Assembly: GCA_902624515.1 (NCBI GenBank)
Contig: CACNYE010000001.1
Location: 2,055-66,054 of the forward strand
From: an uncultured Pelagibacteraceae bacterium
GTDB lineage: Bacteria; Pseudomonadota; Alphaproteobacteria; Pelagibacterales; Pelagibacteraceae
Direction of reading: 5' to 3'
Length of the DNA stretch: 64,000 nucleotides
Positions 45,526-57,880 of this stretch are shown here, piece after piece (position 1 is the first letter of the stretch; every line of letters starts with the position of its first letter). The position numbers were made by a program, and so were the translations under genes. The notes beneath the pieces are model-generated. The model saw nothing but the letters and a program-made list of their open reading frames with translations, made no database searches and was not told where the DNA came from.

Positions 45526-47142
45526 ATGGGTCATTACGATACTAATTTGGATAAAAATAATGCAAATTATGTTCCATTAACTCCTTTAACTTTCCTAAAA
45601 AGAGCTAAAGAAATTTATCCAAACTATGAAGCGGTTATTTATGAGGACCGAAAATATACTTGGGATCAGGTTTATAAAAGGACAGTTAAATTTGCTAGTG
45701 CACTCAATAAAATTGGAGTTGGAAAAGGGGATACAGTTTCCTTTTTAGCTTTTAATACCCCAGAAATTTTTGAAGGTCATTATTCTGTGCCAATGACAGG
45801 CGCAGTGTTAAATACCATCAATATAAGATTAGATGCTAAAACAATTGCTTATATTTTAGATCACAGTGAAGCAAAAGTTTTAGTTGTTGATAGACAACTT
45901 CATGTAGAAGTAAAAAAGGCTTTAAAATCTTTAAAAAAAAAAATTATAATAATTGATATTAATGATAAATTTGCAGATCAATCTAAGTGTGAAAAAATTG
46001 GTGAACTAGAATATGAAAGTTTTTTAGATACTGGTGACGAAAATTATGATTGGAAAATGCCAGAGGATGAATGGCAAGCAATATCATTAAGTTATACATC
46101 TGGCACAACAGGAAATCCAAAAGGTGTTGTTTATCATCATAGAGGTTCATACTTAATGTCTACTGGAAGTGCAGTCGCCTGGAATATGCCAAATAGATTA
46201 AATTTTTTAACTATTGTTCCAATGTTTCATTGCAATGGTTGGGGCTACCCTTGGACCATACCCATGTTAAATGGAAGGACAATATGTCTTAGAAATATTG
46301 ATATTAAAAAAATATTTGAATTAATTGATAAGTATGATGTAACTCATTTTGGTGGAGCACCAATCGTACTAAATATGATTACCGGTGCACCAGAGACTGA
46401 TAGAAAAAAATTAAAACAAAAAGTTTATGTGCTCACTGCTGGAGCACCACCTCCAAGTATTATATTTAAAAAAATGAATGAGCTAGGTTTTGAAGTTATG
46501 CATGTTTATGGATTAACAGAAACGTATGGACATGTTACTCAATGTGCTTGGAACGAGGCTTGGAATGAATTTGATGAAGAGAAACAAAATGAGATTAAAG
46601 CAAGACAAGGAGTAAGATATCCAAACACTGAGGGTATAGCAGTTATGAACCCCGAAACAATGACGGAAGTACCTAAAGATGGAAAAACGATCGGAGAAAT
46701 TATGATTAAAGGTAATATCGTCATGAAGGGATATTTTAAGGATAAAGATGCAACATCCAAAGCTATGAATGGAGGTTGGTTTCATTCTGGAGATTTAGCT
46801 GTAATGCATCCTGATGGATATGTTAAAATTCAAGACAGGTCTAAAGATATTATAATTTCAGGAGGTGAGAATATATCTTCGATTGAAATAGAGAATACCT
46901 TAGCCAAACATCCTTCAGTATCTATCGCAGCAGTAGTAGCTAAACCAGATGAAAAATGGGGTGAGGTGCCATGTGCTTTTATTGAAATGGTTAAAGATAA
47001 ACCTGTAACAGAAAAAGAGCTAATTAGTTTTTGCAAAGAAACTCTTGCTGGATTTAAGGTACCAAAACAAGTAGTTTTTTGTAATTTACCGAAAACTTCA
47101 ACTGGTAAGATTCAAAAGTTTGAGCTAAGAAAAAAATTTTAG
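45526..47142 (+). CDS. dmdB: Acyl-CoA ligase, probably 3-methylmercaptopropionate-CoA ligase
   Basis: Motifs YTSGTTGNPKG, PMFHCNGW, YGLTETYG, FHSGDL, DRSKDIIISGGEN, PKTSTGKIQK; dmdA context. Confidence 0.82.
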   Translation: MGHYDTNLDKNNANYVPLTPLTFLKRAKEIYPNYEAVIYEDRKYTWDQVYKRTVKFASALNKIGVGKGDTVSFLAFNTPEIFEGHYSVPMTGAVLNTINIRLDAKTIAYILDHSEAKVLVVDRQLHVEVKKALKSLKKKIIIIDINDKFADQSKCEKIGELEYESFLDTGDENYDWKMPEDEWQAISLSYTSGTTGNPKGVVYHHRGSYLMSTGSAVAWNMPNRLNFLTIVPMFHCNGWGYPWTIPMLNGRTICLRNIDIKKIFELIDKYDVTHFGGAPIVLNMITGAPETDRKKLKQKVYVLTAGAPPPSIIFKKMNELGFEVMHVYGLTETYGHVTQCAWNEAWNEFDEEKQNEIKARQGVRYPNTEGIAVMNPETMTEVPKDGKTIGEIMIKGNIVMKGYFKDKDATSKAMNGGWFHSGDLAVMHPDGYVKIQDRSKDIIISGGENISSIEIENTLAKHPSVSIAAVVAKPDEKWGEVPCAFIEMVKDKPVTEKELISFCKETLAGFKVPKQVVFCNLPKTSTGKIQKFELRKKF

Positions 47143-47150
47143 GTAAATAA

Positions 47151-47927
47151 TTGATATTCCAAATAGAAAATAAAAATATCCATGCATCTGATGCGGGTCA
47201 AGGAATAGACTCTCAAAAAGAAACTATTGTATTTTTGCACGGCAGTGGACTTTCACACATTGTTTGGTCCCTTACAGAACAATTTTTTTCAAACAAGAAT
47301 TTTAATGTATTATCTTTAGATTTACCTGGACATGGAAATTCTGATGGTCCTTGCTTAGATAGTATCGAAAAAATTGCCGATTGGTTAGAAATAGTATTTA
47401 AAAAATTAAATCTAAAAAACCTAATTTTGGTTGGTCATTCCCAAGGTTGCTTGGAGATACTTGAGTATGCTTTCAAATACAAAGAAAGATTAAAAAAATT
47501 AGTTTTCATTGGAGGATCAAACAAAATGCCTGTTCATCCTGATTTAATTAACTTGGCACAAAATGGAGACTCCGACGCTGTAAAATTAATGATGAAATGG
47601 GGTTATGAGGGTTCAAAAAAATTTATAGGTGGAAATCCGGTAGAAAAAATAATTCAGTCACCAAGGGATATAAGCGAAATATTAGCAGTCGATTTAAATG
47701 CGTGTAATAATTATTCTAATGGTTCTGAGGCTGCAAAAACAATCAACTTGCCTTCGTTATTAATTTTAGGAGAATTAGATAAAATGGTTAACTTAGAAGT
47801 AGGAAAAAAATTTTCAAATTTGTTAGAAAATTCTAAGACATATGTAATTAATGGATGCGGACATATGATTATGATTGAAAAAGCTTTCGAAATGCGAGAA
47901 AAGATCCTAAAATTTTTAAATTCATGA
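47151..47927 (+). CDS. Alpha/beta-fold hydrolase in the dmd cluster
   Basis: Motifs FLHGSG, DLPGHG.S, nucleophile [20 protein letters not shown]. Confidence 0.85.
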   Translation: MIFQIENKNIHASDAGQGIDSQKETIVFLHGSGLSHIVWSLTEQFFSNKNFNVLSLDLPGHGNSDGPCLDSIEKIADWLEIVFKKLNLKNLILVGHSQGCLEILEYAFKYKERLKKLVFIGGSNKMPVHPDLINLAQNGDSDAVKLMMKWGYEGSKKFIGGNPVEKIIQSPRDISEILAVDLNACNNYSNGSEAAKTINLPSLLILGELDKMVNLEVGKKFSNLLENSKTYVINGCGHMIMIEKAFEMREKILKFLNS

Positions 47928-49033
47928 AAAATTATTCCATTGCAAAATCAAGAAGGATCAGAAGTACTCCTTATACCTCAAGAATAGAAAGACAAGGTGT
48001 TACAGCATATACAGTTTATAATCACATGCTATTGCCTGCTGCATTCGGATCTATAGAAGACTCATGCAACCATCTAAAAAAAGAAGTTCAAGTTTGGGAT
48101 GTCGCAGCTGAAAGACAAGTAGAAATTTCTGGTAAAGATTCAGCAAAACTTGTTCAACTAATGACTTGTAGAGATTTATCAAAGTCTAAAATAGGAAGAT
48201 GTTATTACTGCCCAATTATAGATGGTAACGGGAACTTAGTAAACGACCCTGTAATTTTGAAATTAGCTGAAGATAGATGGTGGATTTCAATTGCTGACTC
48301 AGATGTTATATTTTTTGCAAAAGGTCTCGCATCTGGAAATAATTTTGAGGTTCAAATTTTTGAACCAAATGTTGATATAATTGCAATACAGGGACCAAAA
48401 TCATTTGGCTTAATGGAAAAAGTTTTTGGTAAAAAAATTACAGAATTAAAATTTTTTGGTTTTGATTATTATAATTTTAGAGGTGTTAACCATTTAATTG
48501 CAAGATCTGGTTGGTCAAAACAAGGTGGATTTGAGGTATATGTTGAAAATACTCAATCTGGTTTAGATCTCTATGATCATTTTTTTGAAATAGGTCAAGA
48601 GTTTAATTTAAAGCCTGGTTGTCCTAATCTTATAGAAAGAATTGAAAGTGGTCTTTTATCTTATGGAAATGATTTTGATAATAATGACAATCCTTTTGAA
48701 TGTGGTTTTGAAAAATATGTAAATTTAGATAATCAAATATCTTTTTTAGGAAAGGAAAAACTTAGAAAAATTCAAAAAGAAGGGATCAAAAGAAAATTAA
48801 TGGGGGTTAAAATAGATATCGATAAAATTAATTTAACCAAATCTTTAAGCATTAAAGACGATAATGGAAATTTTATTGGAGATTTAAGATCTGCTTGCTA
48901 TTCTCCTCATTTTAAGAAAGTTATAGGAATAGCAATGATAAATGAGCCTTATTGCAAAGCATCTATTAAGGGATTGTTAGAAATTGAAGGAAATTCTATA
49001 GCTGTTAAAGTTTGCGATTTGCCTTTCATCTAG
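47924..49033 (+). CDS. dmdA: Dimethylsulfoniopropionate demethylase
   Basis: GcvT fold with DmdA-type motifs [53 protein letters not shown]; 369 aa. Confidence 0.9.
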   Translation: MKNYSIAKSRRIRSTPYTSRIERQGVTAYTVYNHMLLPAAFGSIEDSCNHLKKEVQVWDVAAERQVEISGKDSAKLVQLMTCRDLSKSKIGRCYYCPIIDGNGNLVNDPVILKLAEDRWWISIADSDVIFFAKGLASGNNFEVQIFEPNVDIIAIQGPKSFGLMEKVFGKKITELKFFGFDYYNFRGVNHLIARSGWSKQGGFEVYVENTQSGLDLYDHFFEIGQEFNLKPGCPNLIERIESGLLSYGNDFDNNDNPFECGFEKYVNLDNQISFLGKEKLRKIQKEGIKRKLMGVKIDIDKINLTKSLSIKDDNGNFIGDLRSACYSPHFKKVIGIAMINEPYCKASIKGLLEIEGNSIAVKVCDLPFI

Positions 49034-49048
49034 TATAAAACTTACATC

Positions 49049-50056
49049 ATGAATATTGCAATCGTAGGAGCAACAGGAAATGTTGGAAGAAAAACCTTGG
49101 CAGTTCTTGAAAAAAAAGAACTATCTATTGATAATCTGTATTTAGTTGCTTCACCTAAAAGTGCTGGTAAAAAAATTAGCTTTAAAGGTAAAGATCATGA
49201 AGTTTTTGATTTGGAAAGTTTTGATTTTTCTAAAGTAAAAATTGCTTTTTTTGCAGCTGGAGGAAAAATCTCGGAAAAATTTGCAGCTAAAGCTGCTAAG
49301 CATTGTCTAGTTATTGATAATTCAAGTTTTTATAGAATGGATCCAGATGTACCTTTAATAGTCCCACAAGTTAATTCAAATCATTTAGATGGAATAAAAA
49401 AAAATATTATTGCTAATCCAAATTGCTCAACAGCACAGTTAGTTATTGCCCTAAAACCTTTACATGATCTATTTATAATTAAAAGAATAGTTGTCTCAAC
49501 ATATCAATCAGTATCTGGTGGTGGCAAAGCACCAATGGATGAATTAATCGAACAAACAAAATTAGTTCTAAATGGCAAAAAAGTAAAATCCAAAAATTTT
49601 ACAAAACAAATAGCTTTTAATGCCATTCCTCATATCGATGTATTTTCAAATGATGGTTATACAAAAGAAGAGTTAAAAATGACCAACGAAACAAAAAAAA
49701 TTTTAGATGATAAAATCGATTTAACGGCAACATGTGTAAGATTACCTATTTCAGTTTCACACTCAGAGTCAGTAAACTTGCAGTTTGAAAAACCTTTTTC
49801 CCTTGAAAAGGTTAGAGAAGCATTAAATAATTTTGAAGGTTGTAAAGTAATTGATGAGAGAGTTGATGGTGGATATTCAACTCCACTTGAGGCAGAAGGA
49901 AAAAATGAGACATTTGTATCAAGAATTCGAGAGGATAAGACTATTAAAAATGGATTAAATTTATGGATTGTTTCTGATAATCTTCTAAGAGGGGCGGCTT
50001 TGAACGCAGTAGAAATTGCTGAGACATTGATTAAAAATAATTTTTATGGAAAATAA
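49049..50056 (+). CDS. asd: Aspartate-semialdehyde dehydrogenase
   Basis: Motifs VGATGNVG, IDNSS.YRM, ANPNCST, TYQSVSG, ATCVR, DNLLRGAALN. Confidence 0.96.
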   Translation: MNIAIVGATGNVGRKTLAVLEKKELSIDNLYLVASPKSAGKKISFKGKDHEVFDLESFDFSKVKIAFFAAGGKISEKFAAKAAKHCLVIDNSSFYRMDPDVPLIVPQVNSNHLDGIKKNIIANPNCSTAQLVIALKPLHDLFIIKRIVVSTYQSVSGGGKAPMDELIEQTKLVLNGKKVKSKNFTKQIAFNAIPHIDVFSNDGYTKEELKMTNETKKILDDKIDLTATCVRLPISVSHSESVNLQFEKPFSLEKVREALNNFEGCKVIDERVDGGYSTPLEAEGKNETFVSRIREDKTIKNGLNLWIVSDNLLRGAALNAVEIAETLIKNNFYGK

Positions 50057-50429
50057 ACCACCATTATCTCCTCATATTCAAATTTATAAATGGCACATTT
50101 CGTCATTAGTATCTATATCTCATAGAATCACGGGAATTATAAATATAATTGCGATTACATTCATTTGTTTATTAGCTTCACTACTTGTTTTTGGTGAAAG
50201 TAAATATGAATTTATAGATTTATTTTTAAGTTCATTAATAGGTAAATTTTTTGTTTTAGGACTTACATGGTCATTTTCGTTTCAAGTTTTGAGTGAGATC
50301 AGACATTTAGTCATGGATTTAGGTTATGGATTTGAGCTTAAAACGTCAAGAATGACTGGTTTGGTAGTAATATTTGGATCAATTTTTTTTACAGTAGTCT
50401 TTTATTTGATTGGAAAGAATTTTCTTTAG
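50046..50429 (+). CDS. sdhC: Succinate dehydrogenase membrane subunit C
   Basis: Motifs PLSPHIQIY, SISHRITG, IRHL.MD.G; the usual heme-ligand His appears as Gln. Confidence 0.92.
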   Translation: MENKPPLSPHIQIYKWHISSLVSISHRITGIINIIAITFICLLASLLVFGESKYEFIDLFLSSLIGKFFVLGLTWSFSFQVLSEIRHLVMDLGYGFELKTSRMTGLVVIFGSIFFTVVFYLIGKNFL

Positions 50430-50430
50430 A

Positions 50431-50754
50431 ATGATAAACGCAACTAAAAAATGGATTTTTCTCAAAATTAGTGGAGCGCTATTAGTACCACTGATGGTGT
50501 GGTTTATCTTAAATTTTATTAAAGTTTATGACCAAGATTATTTTATTGTAGTGAAGTTTTTTTCTAGTCCTTTATCTAAGTTTTTATTTTCTTTATTTAT
50601 AATTAATGTATATTTTTTTTCAGCCTTAAGTATCAGTGAAGTTTTTGAGGATTATATTAAAAATATTAAAATCAAAAATGTCGCAAATACACTTTTATAT
50701 CTATCAGCGGTGGTAATTCCGTTAATTACAATTATATTATTATCTAGGTTATGA
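50431..50754 (+). CDS. sdhD: Succinate dehydrogenase membrane anchor subunit D
   Basis: 3 TM helices, V.EDY motif, position between sdhC and sdhA; ATG 50431 chosen; contains no His. Confidence 0.88.
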   Translation: MINATKKWIFLKISGALLVPLMVWFILNFIKVYDQDYFIVVKFFSSPLSKFLFSLFIINVYFFSALSISEVFEDYIKNIKIKNVANTLLYLSAVVIPLITIILLSRL

Positions 50755-52526
50755 GTTCATACAAAATTATAGATCACGAATATGATGTTGTAGTCTTAGG
50801 AGCTGGTGGTTCAGGATTAAGAGCTGCGGTAGGTCTGAGTGAGGCAGGACTAAAGACGGCATGTATATCAAAAGTTTTCCCTACAAGAAGTCATACTTCT
50901 GCTGCACAAGGGGGTATCTCAGCTGCGCTTGGTAACATGGGTGAAGACGATTGGCGTTGGCATATGTATGATACAGTTAAAGGTGCCGATTGGTTAGGAG
51001 ATCAAGACAGCATTGAATATCTTTGTAAAGAAGCACCTAAAGCAGTTATTGAATTAGAGAAATATGGTGTGCCATTTAGTAGAACAGATGATGGAAAAAT
51101 TTATCAAAGACCATTTGGTGGAATGACTAAAAATTATGGTAACGGAATTGTACAAAGAACATGTGCTGCAGCTGATAGAACAGGTCATGCAATTTTACAT
51201 ACATTATATGGACAAGCTCTAAAACATAAAACAGAGTTTTTTATTGAGTATTTTGCTTTAGATTTATTGATGAAAGATGGAGCTTGTAAAGGACTAGTGG
51301 CATGGAATTTAAATGATGGAACTATTCATAGATTTAGAGCCCATACTGTAATTATTGCCACAGGGGGTTATGGTAAAGTTTATTATTCAGCAACATCTGC
51401 TCATACTTGTACCGGAGATGGTAATGCGATGATTTTAAGAGCAGGATTACCATTACAAGATATGGAGTTTGTACAATTTCATCCAACAGGAATTTACGGA
51501 CATGGCACATTAATAACAGAGGGTGCAAGAGGTGAGGGGGGATATTTAACAAATTCTAAGGGTGAACGATTTATGGAAAGATATGCTCCAAATGCAAAAG
51601 ATTTAGCATCTAGAGATGTTGTGAGTAGATCAATGTCTATAGAAATTAATGAAGGAAGAGGTGTTGGGAAAGATCAAGATCATGTTCACTTAAATTTAAG
51701 TCATTTAGATAAAGATATAATTGAAAGTAGACTTCCTGGAATAACTGATGCAGCAAGATTATTTGCTAATGTAGATGTTACTAAAGAACCAATTCCTGTT
51801 GTACCAACTGTCCATTATAATATGGGTGGTATCCCGACAAATTACAAAGCTGAAGTGTTAACTGTTAATGGTTCTGAAAAAACTGTTCCAGGATTAATGG
51901 CAATTGGAGAAGCAGCATGTGTTTCAGTTCATGGTGCAAACAGACTTGGTTCAAATTCATTAATTGACTTGGTAGTGTTTGGGAGAGCTGCTGCAAAAAG
52001 AGCAGCAGAGCTAATCAAACCCGGAACACCTCATGAAGAAATAAGTGAAACAGAAACTCAAAAATGCTTAGATCGTTTTGATAAAATTAGAAATGCTGAA
52101 GGTGACATTGGGACTGCAGAATTAAGACAGACAATGCAAAAAACAATGCAATCTAAATGTGCAGTTTTTAGAACTGAAAAAACATTGAAAGAGGGTGTAG
52201 ATCAAATCAAAAAGACTTTTGATGGACTAGATTCTATATCAGTAAAAGATAAATCATTGATATTTAATACTGATCTAGTTGAGACTTTAGAATTTGATAA
52301 TTTAATAAGACAAGCAGTTGTAACTGTCGATTCTGCGTATAACAGAAAGGAAAGTAGAGGAGCACATGCTAGAGAGGATTATCCTAAAAGAGATGATCAA
52401 AAATTTATGCAACATACTCTTGCTTGGTGTGATGGAAAAAATACTAAAATAAGTTATAGAGAGGTACATAAATCTACTCTAACAAATGAAGTTCAGTATT
52501 TTCCCCCTCAAGAAAGAGTTTATTAA
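50751..52526 (+). CDS. sdhA: Succinate dehydrogenase flavoprotein
   Basis: Motifs [48 protein letters not shown]. Confidence 0.98.
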   Translation: MSSYKIIDHEYDVVVLGAGGSGLRAAVGLSEAGLKTACISKVFPTRSHTSAAQGGISAALGNMGEDDWRWHMYDTVKGADWLGDQDSIEYLCKEAPKAVIELEKYGVPFSRTDDGKIYQRPFGGMTKNYGNGIVQRTCAAADRTGHAILHTLYGQALKHKTEFFIEYFALDLLMKDGACKGLVAWNLNDGTIHRFRAHTVIIATGGYGKVYYSATSAHTCTGDGNAMILRAGLPLQDMEFVQFHPTGIYGHGTLITEGARGEGGYLTNSKGERFMERYAPNAKDLASRDVVSRSMSIEINEGRGVGKDQDHVHLNLSHLDKDIIESRLPGITDAARLFANVDVTKEPIPVVPTVHYNMGGIPTNYKAEVLTVNGSEKTVPGLMAIGEAACVSVHGANRLGSNSLIDLVVFGRAAAKRAAELIKPGTPHEEISETETQKCLDRFDKIRNAEGDIGTAELRQTMQKTMQSKCAVFRTEKTLKEGVDQIKKTFDGLDSISVKDKSLIFNTDLVETLEFDNLIRQAVVTVDSAYNRKESRGAHAREDYPKRDDQKFMQHTLAWCDGKNTKISYREVHKSTLTNEVQYFPPQERVY

Positions 52527-53305
52527 TGGTTCAAATAAATTTGCCTAAAAATTCTGAAATTAAAAAAGGCAAATATTTTAAAGACAAAACTGGTTCAAAA
52601 AATTTAAGAAAAATAAACATTTATAGATGGGACCCGTCTTCTGGCGAAAATCCTAGAGTTGATACATATGAAGTTGATATGGACAATTGTCCTTCAAAAG
52701 TACTAGATATTTTAAATAAGATTAAAAATGAGATAGATCCAACCTTAGCATATAGAAGATCTTGTGCACACGGAGTTTGCGGCTCGTGTGCGATGAACAT
52801 GGCTGGAAAAAATGGTTTAGCCTGCACTACTCCACATGCCGATATTAAAGGTGATATTGATATTTATCCATTACCTCATTTAAAAGTAAAAAAAGATTTA
52901 ATTGGTGATTTAGATGGTTTATATAAACAATATCAATCAATCGAACCCTGGTTGAAATCAAATTCTAAATCTGAAACTAAAGAAATAATTCAATCAAAAG
53001 AAGATAGGGCAAAATTAGATGGTGCTTATGAATGTATAATGTGTGCATGTTGCTCAACTTCATGCCCCAGTTATTGGTGGAATGGAGATAAATATTTAGG
53101 TCCAGCAGTTTTGTTGCAAGCTTATAGATGGATTGTCGATAGTAGAGATGAAGAGAGAAAAGCAAGATTAAAAAAAGTTGCAGACGAACTAAAGCTGTAT
53201 CGTTGTCATACAATTCTTAACTGTACAAGTGCATGCCCAAAAGGTTTAAATCCCGCAAAAGCTATAGCTGAAATAAAAAAAATGTTAGCAACCGCTAATA
53301 TTTAA
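52526..53305 (+). CDS. sdhB: Succinate dehydrogenase iron-sulfur subunit
   Basis: Cys motifs [34 protein letters not shown]. Confidence 0.97.
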   Translation: MVQINLPKNSEIKKGKYFKDKTGSKNLRKINIYRWDPSSGENPRVDTYEVDMDNCPSKVLDILNKIKNEIDPTLAYRRSCAHGVCGSCAMNMAGKNGLACTTPHADIKGDIDIYPLPHLKVKKDLIGDLDGLYKQYQSIEPWLKSNSKSETKEIIQSKEDRAKLDGAYECIMCACCSTSCPSYWWNGDKYLGPAVLLQAYRWIVDSRDEERKARLKKVADELKLYRCHTILNCTSACPKGLNPAKAIAEIKKMLATANI

Positions 53306-53347
53306 ACAATAGACTAATAAGAATTTTTACTCTAAAAGATCGTATTC

Positions 53348-55811
<2,464 letters not shown>

Positions 55812-55812
<1 letters not shown>

Positions 55813-56972
55813 TGAATATACACGAGCATCAAGCTAAACGAATTTTAAAACAATTTGGCGCAGTGGTACCAGAGGGAGTGTTTGGTTTTACTGTAGAGGA
55901 ACTGTTAGAAAAATGTAAATCCTTAAAAACTGAGAAATACGTATTGAAGGCGCAAATTCATGCAGGTGGTAGAGGAAAAGCTGGTGGGGTAAAAATTTTA
56001 GATAATTTACGCGAACTTGAAAAATCAGCAAAAGAGCTTTTAGGAAAAAGATTAATTACTCATCAAACAGGACCAAAAGGAAGAGAAGTGAAAAGACTTT
56101 ATGTTGAAGTATCATCAAATATTGAAAAAGAATTTTATCTGTCTTGCTTAGTAGATAGAGCTACGTCAAAAATTGCATTTATTTCAAGCGATCAAGGTGG
56201 AATGGATATTGAGGAAGTAGCTGTTAAATCGCCAGATAAAATTTTAACAACTAAAGTTGAATTAAGTGAGGAAATTTCAAATGAAGAGTGTGAAAAAATT
56301 ATAAAAATTTTTAACCTAAGGGGCAGTTCAAAAAATGAGGCAATCGCTTTAATAAAATCAATTTATAAAATGTTTATTAAAACAGACGCAAATATGATTG
56401 AAATAAATCCATTAATATTAACTAAAGAAAAAAAAATTGTTTGTTTAGATGCAAAAATTAATTTTGATAGTAATGCTTTATTTAGACACCCAGAAATTTT
56501 AGAACTCAGAGATCTAAACGAAGAAGATCCAGCAGAAATAGAGGCAAGCAAATATGATCTAGCATATGTTAAATTAGACGGAAGTATTGGTTGTATGGTC
56601 AATGGTGCAGGTTTAGCTATGGCAACAATGGATATAATTAAGCTGTATGGTGAGGAACCAGCAAATTTTTTAGATGTTGGTGGAGGGGCTTCAAAAGAGA
56701 AGGTTTCAGCTGCTTTTAAAATAATTTTATCAGATAAAAATGTTAAGGGTATATTAATTAATATTTTTGGTGGGATTATGAGATGTGATGTTCTTGCTCA
56801 AGGTGTGGTAGATGCAGCTAAAGAAATAAATATTAGTGTTCCACTTGTAGTAAGATTAGCAGGTACAAATTTTAAAGAGGGAAAAGAAATATTGGATAAC
56901 TCTAGTTTAAAATTAATTTCTGCTGAAAACCTAGATGATGCAGCTAAAAAAATTGTTGAAGCAATTAAATAA
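55812..56972 (+). CDS. sucC: Succinyl-CoA synthetase beta subunit
   Basis: Motifs MNIHEHQAK, KAQIHAGGRGKAGG, NGAGLAMATMD, NIFGGIMRCD. Confidence 0.97.
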
Positions 56973-57848
56973 ATGTCAGTTTTAGTTAATAAAGAAACTA
57001 GATTAATTTGCCAAGGTTTTACTGGATCACATGGAACATTTCATTCTGAACAATCAATTAAATATGGAACAAAATTAGTCGGTGGAGTCACACCAAAAAA
57101 AGGTGGACAAAAACATTTAGGATTACCTGTTTTTAATACTGTAAAGGAAGCAAAAGACTCTGAGGGTGTCAATGCTACTATGATTTATGTTCCAGCAAAA
57201 TTTGCTGCTGCGGCAATTATTGAAGCAATTGATGCATCAATTGAACTTATTGTTTGTATTACTGAAGGAATTCCTATTCAAGATATGCTTCAAGTAAAAC
57301 AAAGATTGTTAAAATCGAATTCAAGATTGATCGGACCAAACTGTCCAGGCATTATAACTCCTGATGAATGTAAGATCGGTATTATGCCTGGTAATATTCA
57401 TAAAAAAGGATCTGTAGGTATAGTTTCTAGGTCAGGTACACTTACTTATGAAGCTGTTGCCCAAACAACAGAAAATGGTCTTGGCCAATCAACTTGTATT
57501 GGAATTGGTGGAGATCCAATAAATGGCACAAATTTTATAGACTGTTTAGATTTATTTTTAAATGATCAAGAAACTAAATCAATTTTAATGATAGGTGAAA
57601 TTGGAGGTACCGCAGAAGAAGAAGCAGCAGAATTCGTTAAAAACCACGAAATCAAGAAACCAATAGTTGGATTTATTGCAGGTGTTACAGCTCCTCCCGG
57701 AAGAAGAATGGGCCATGCTGGAGCTATTATTTCGGGTGGAAAAGGTGGAGCACAAGATAAAATAAAAAAATTGGAAGATTGCGGTATAACTATTGCCAAC
57801 TCACCTTCAAAAATTGGCAAAACTCTTTTCGATAAATTGTCTAATTGA
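56973..57848 (+). CDS. sucD: Succinyl-CoA synthetase alpha subunit
   Basis: Motifs [28 protein letters not shown]. Confidence 0.97.
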   Translation: MSVLVNKETRLICQGFTGSHGTFHSEQSIKYGTKLVGGVTPKKGGQKHLGLPVFNTVKEAKDSEGVNATMIYVPAKFAAAAIIEAIDASIELIVCITEGIPIQDMLQVKQRLLKSNSRLIGPNCPGIITPDECKIGIMPGNIHKKGSVGIVSRSGTLTYEAVAQTTENGLGQSTCIGIGGDPINGTNFIDCLDLFLNDQETKSILMIGEIGGTAEEEAAEFVKNHEIKKPIVGFIAGVTAPPGRRMGHAGAIISGGKGGAQDKIKKLEDCGITIANSPSKIGKTLFDKLSN

Positions 57849-57872
57849 AAAATTTTTCCCTAGGTCTATATT
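57845..57872 (+). promoter_or_regulatory. Possible internal promoter upstream of sucA
   Basis: TTGAAA (57845-57850) - 16 bp - TATATT (57867-57872), 8 nt before ATG 57881. Confidence 0.35.
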
Positions 57873-57880
57873 AAAAAAAA

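Noticed and set aside
47924-49033. Glycine cleavage T protein gcvT
   Set aside because: DmdA-type motifs and the acyl-CoA ligase/dehydrogenase context fit DmdA; no gcvH or gcvP nearby.
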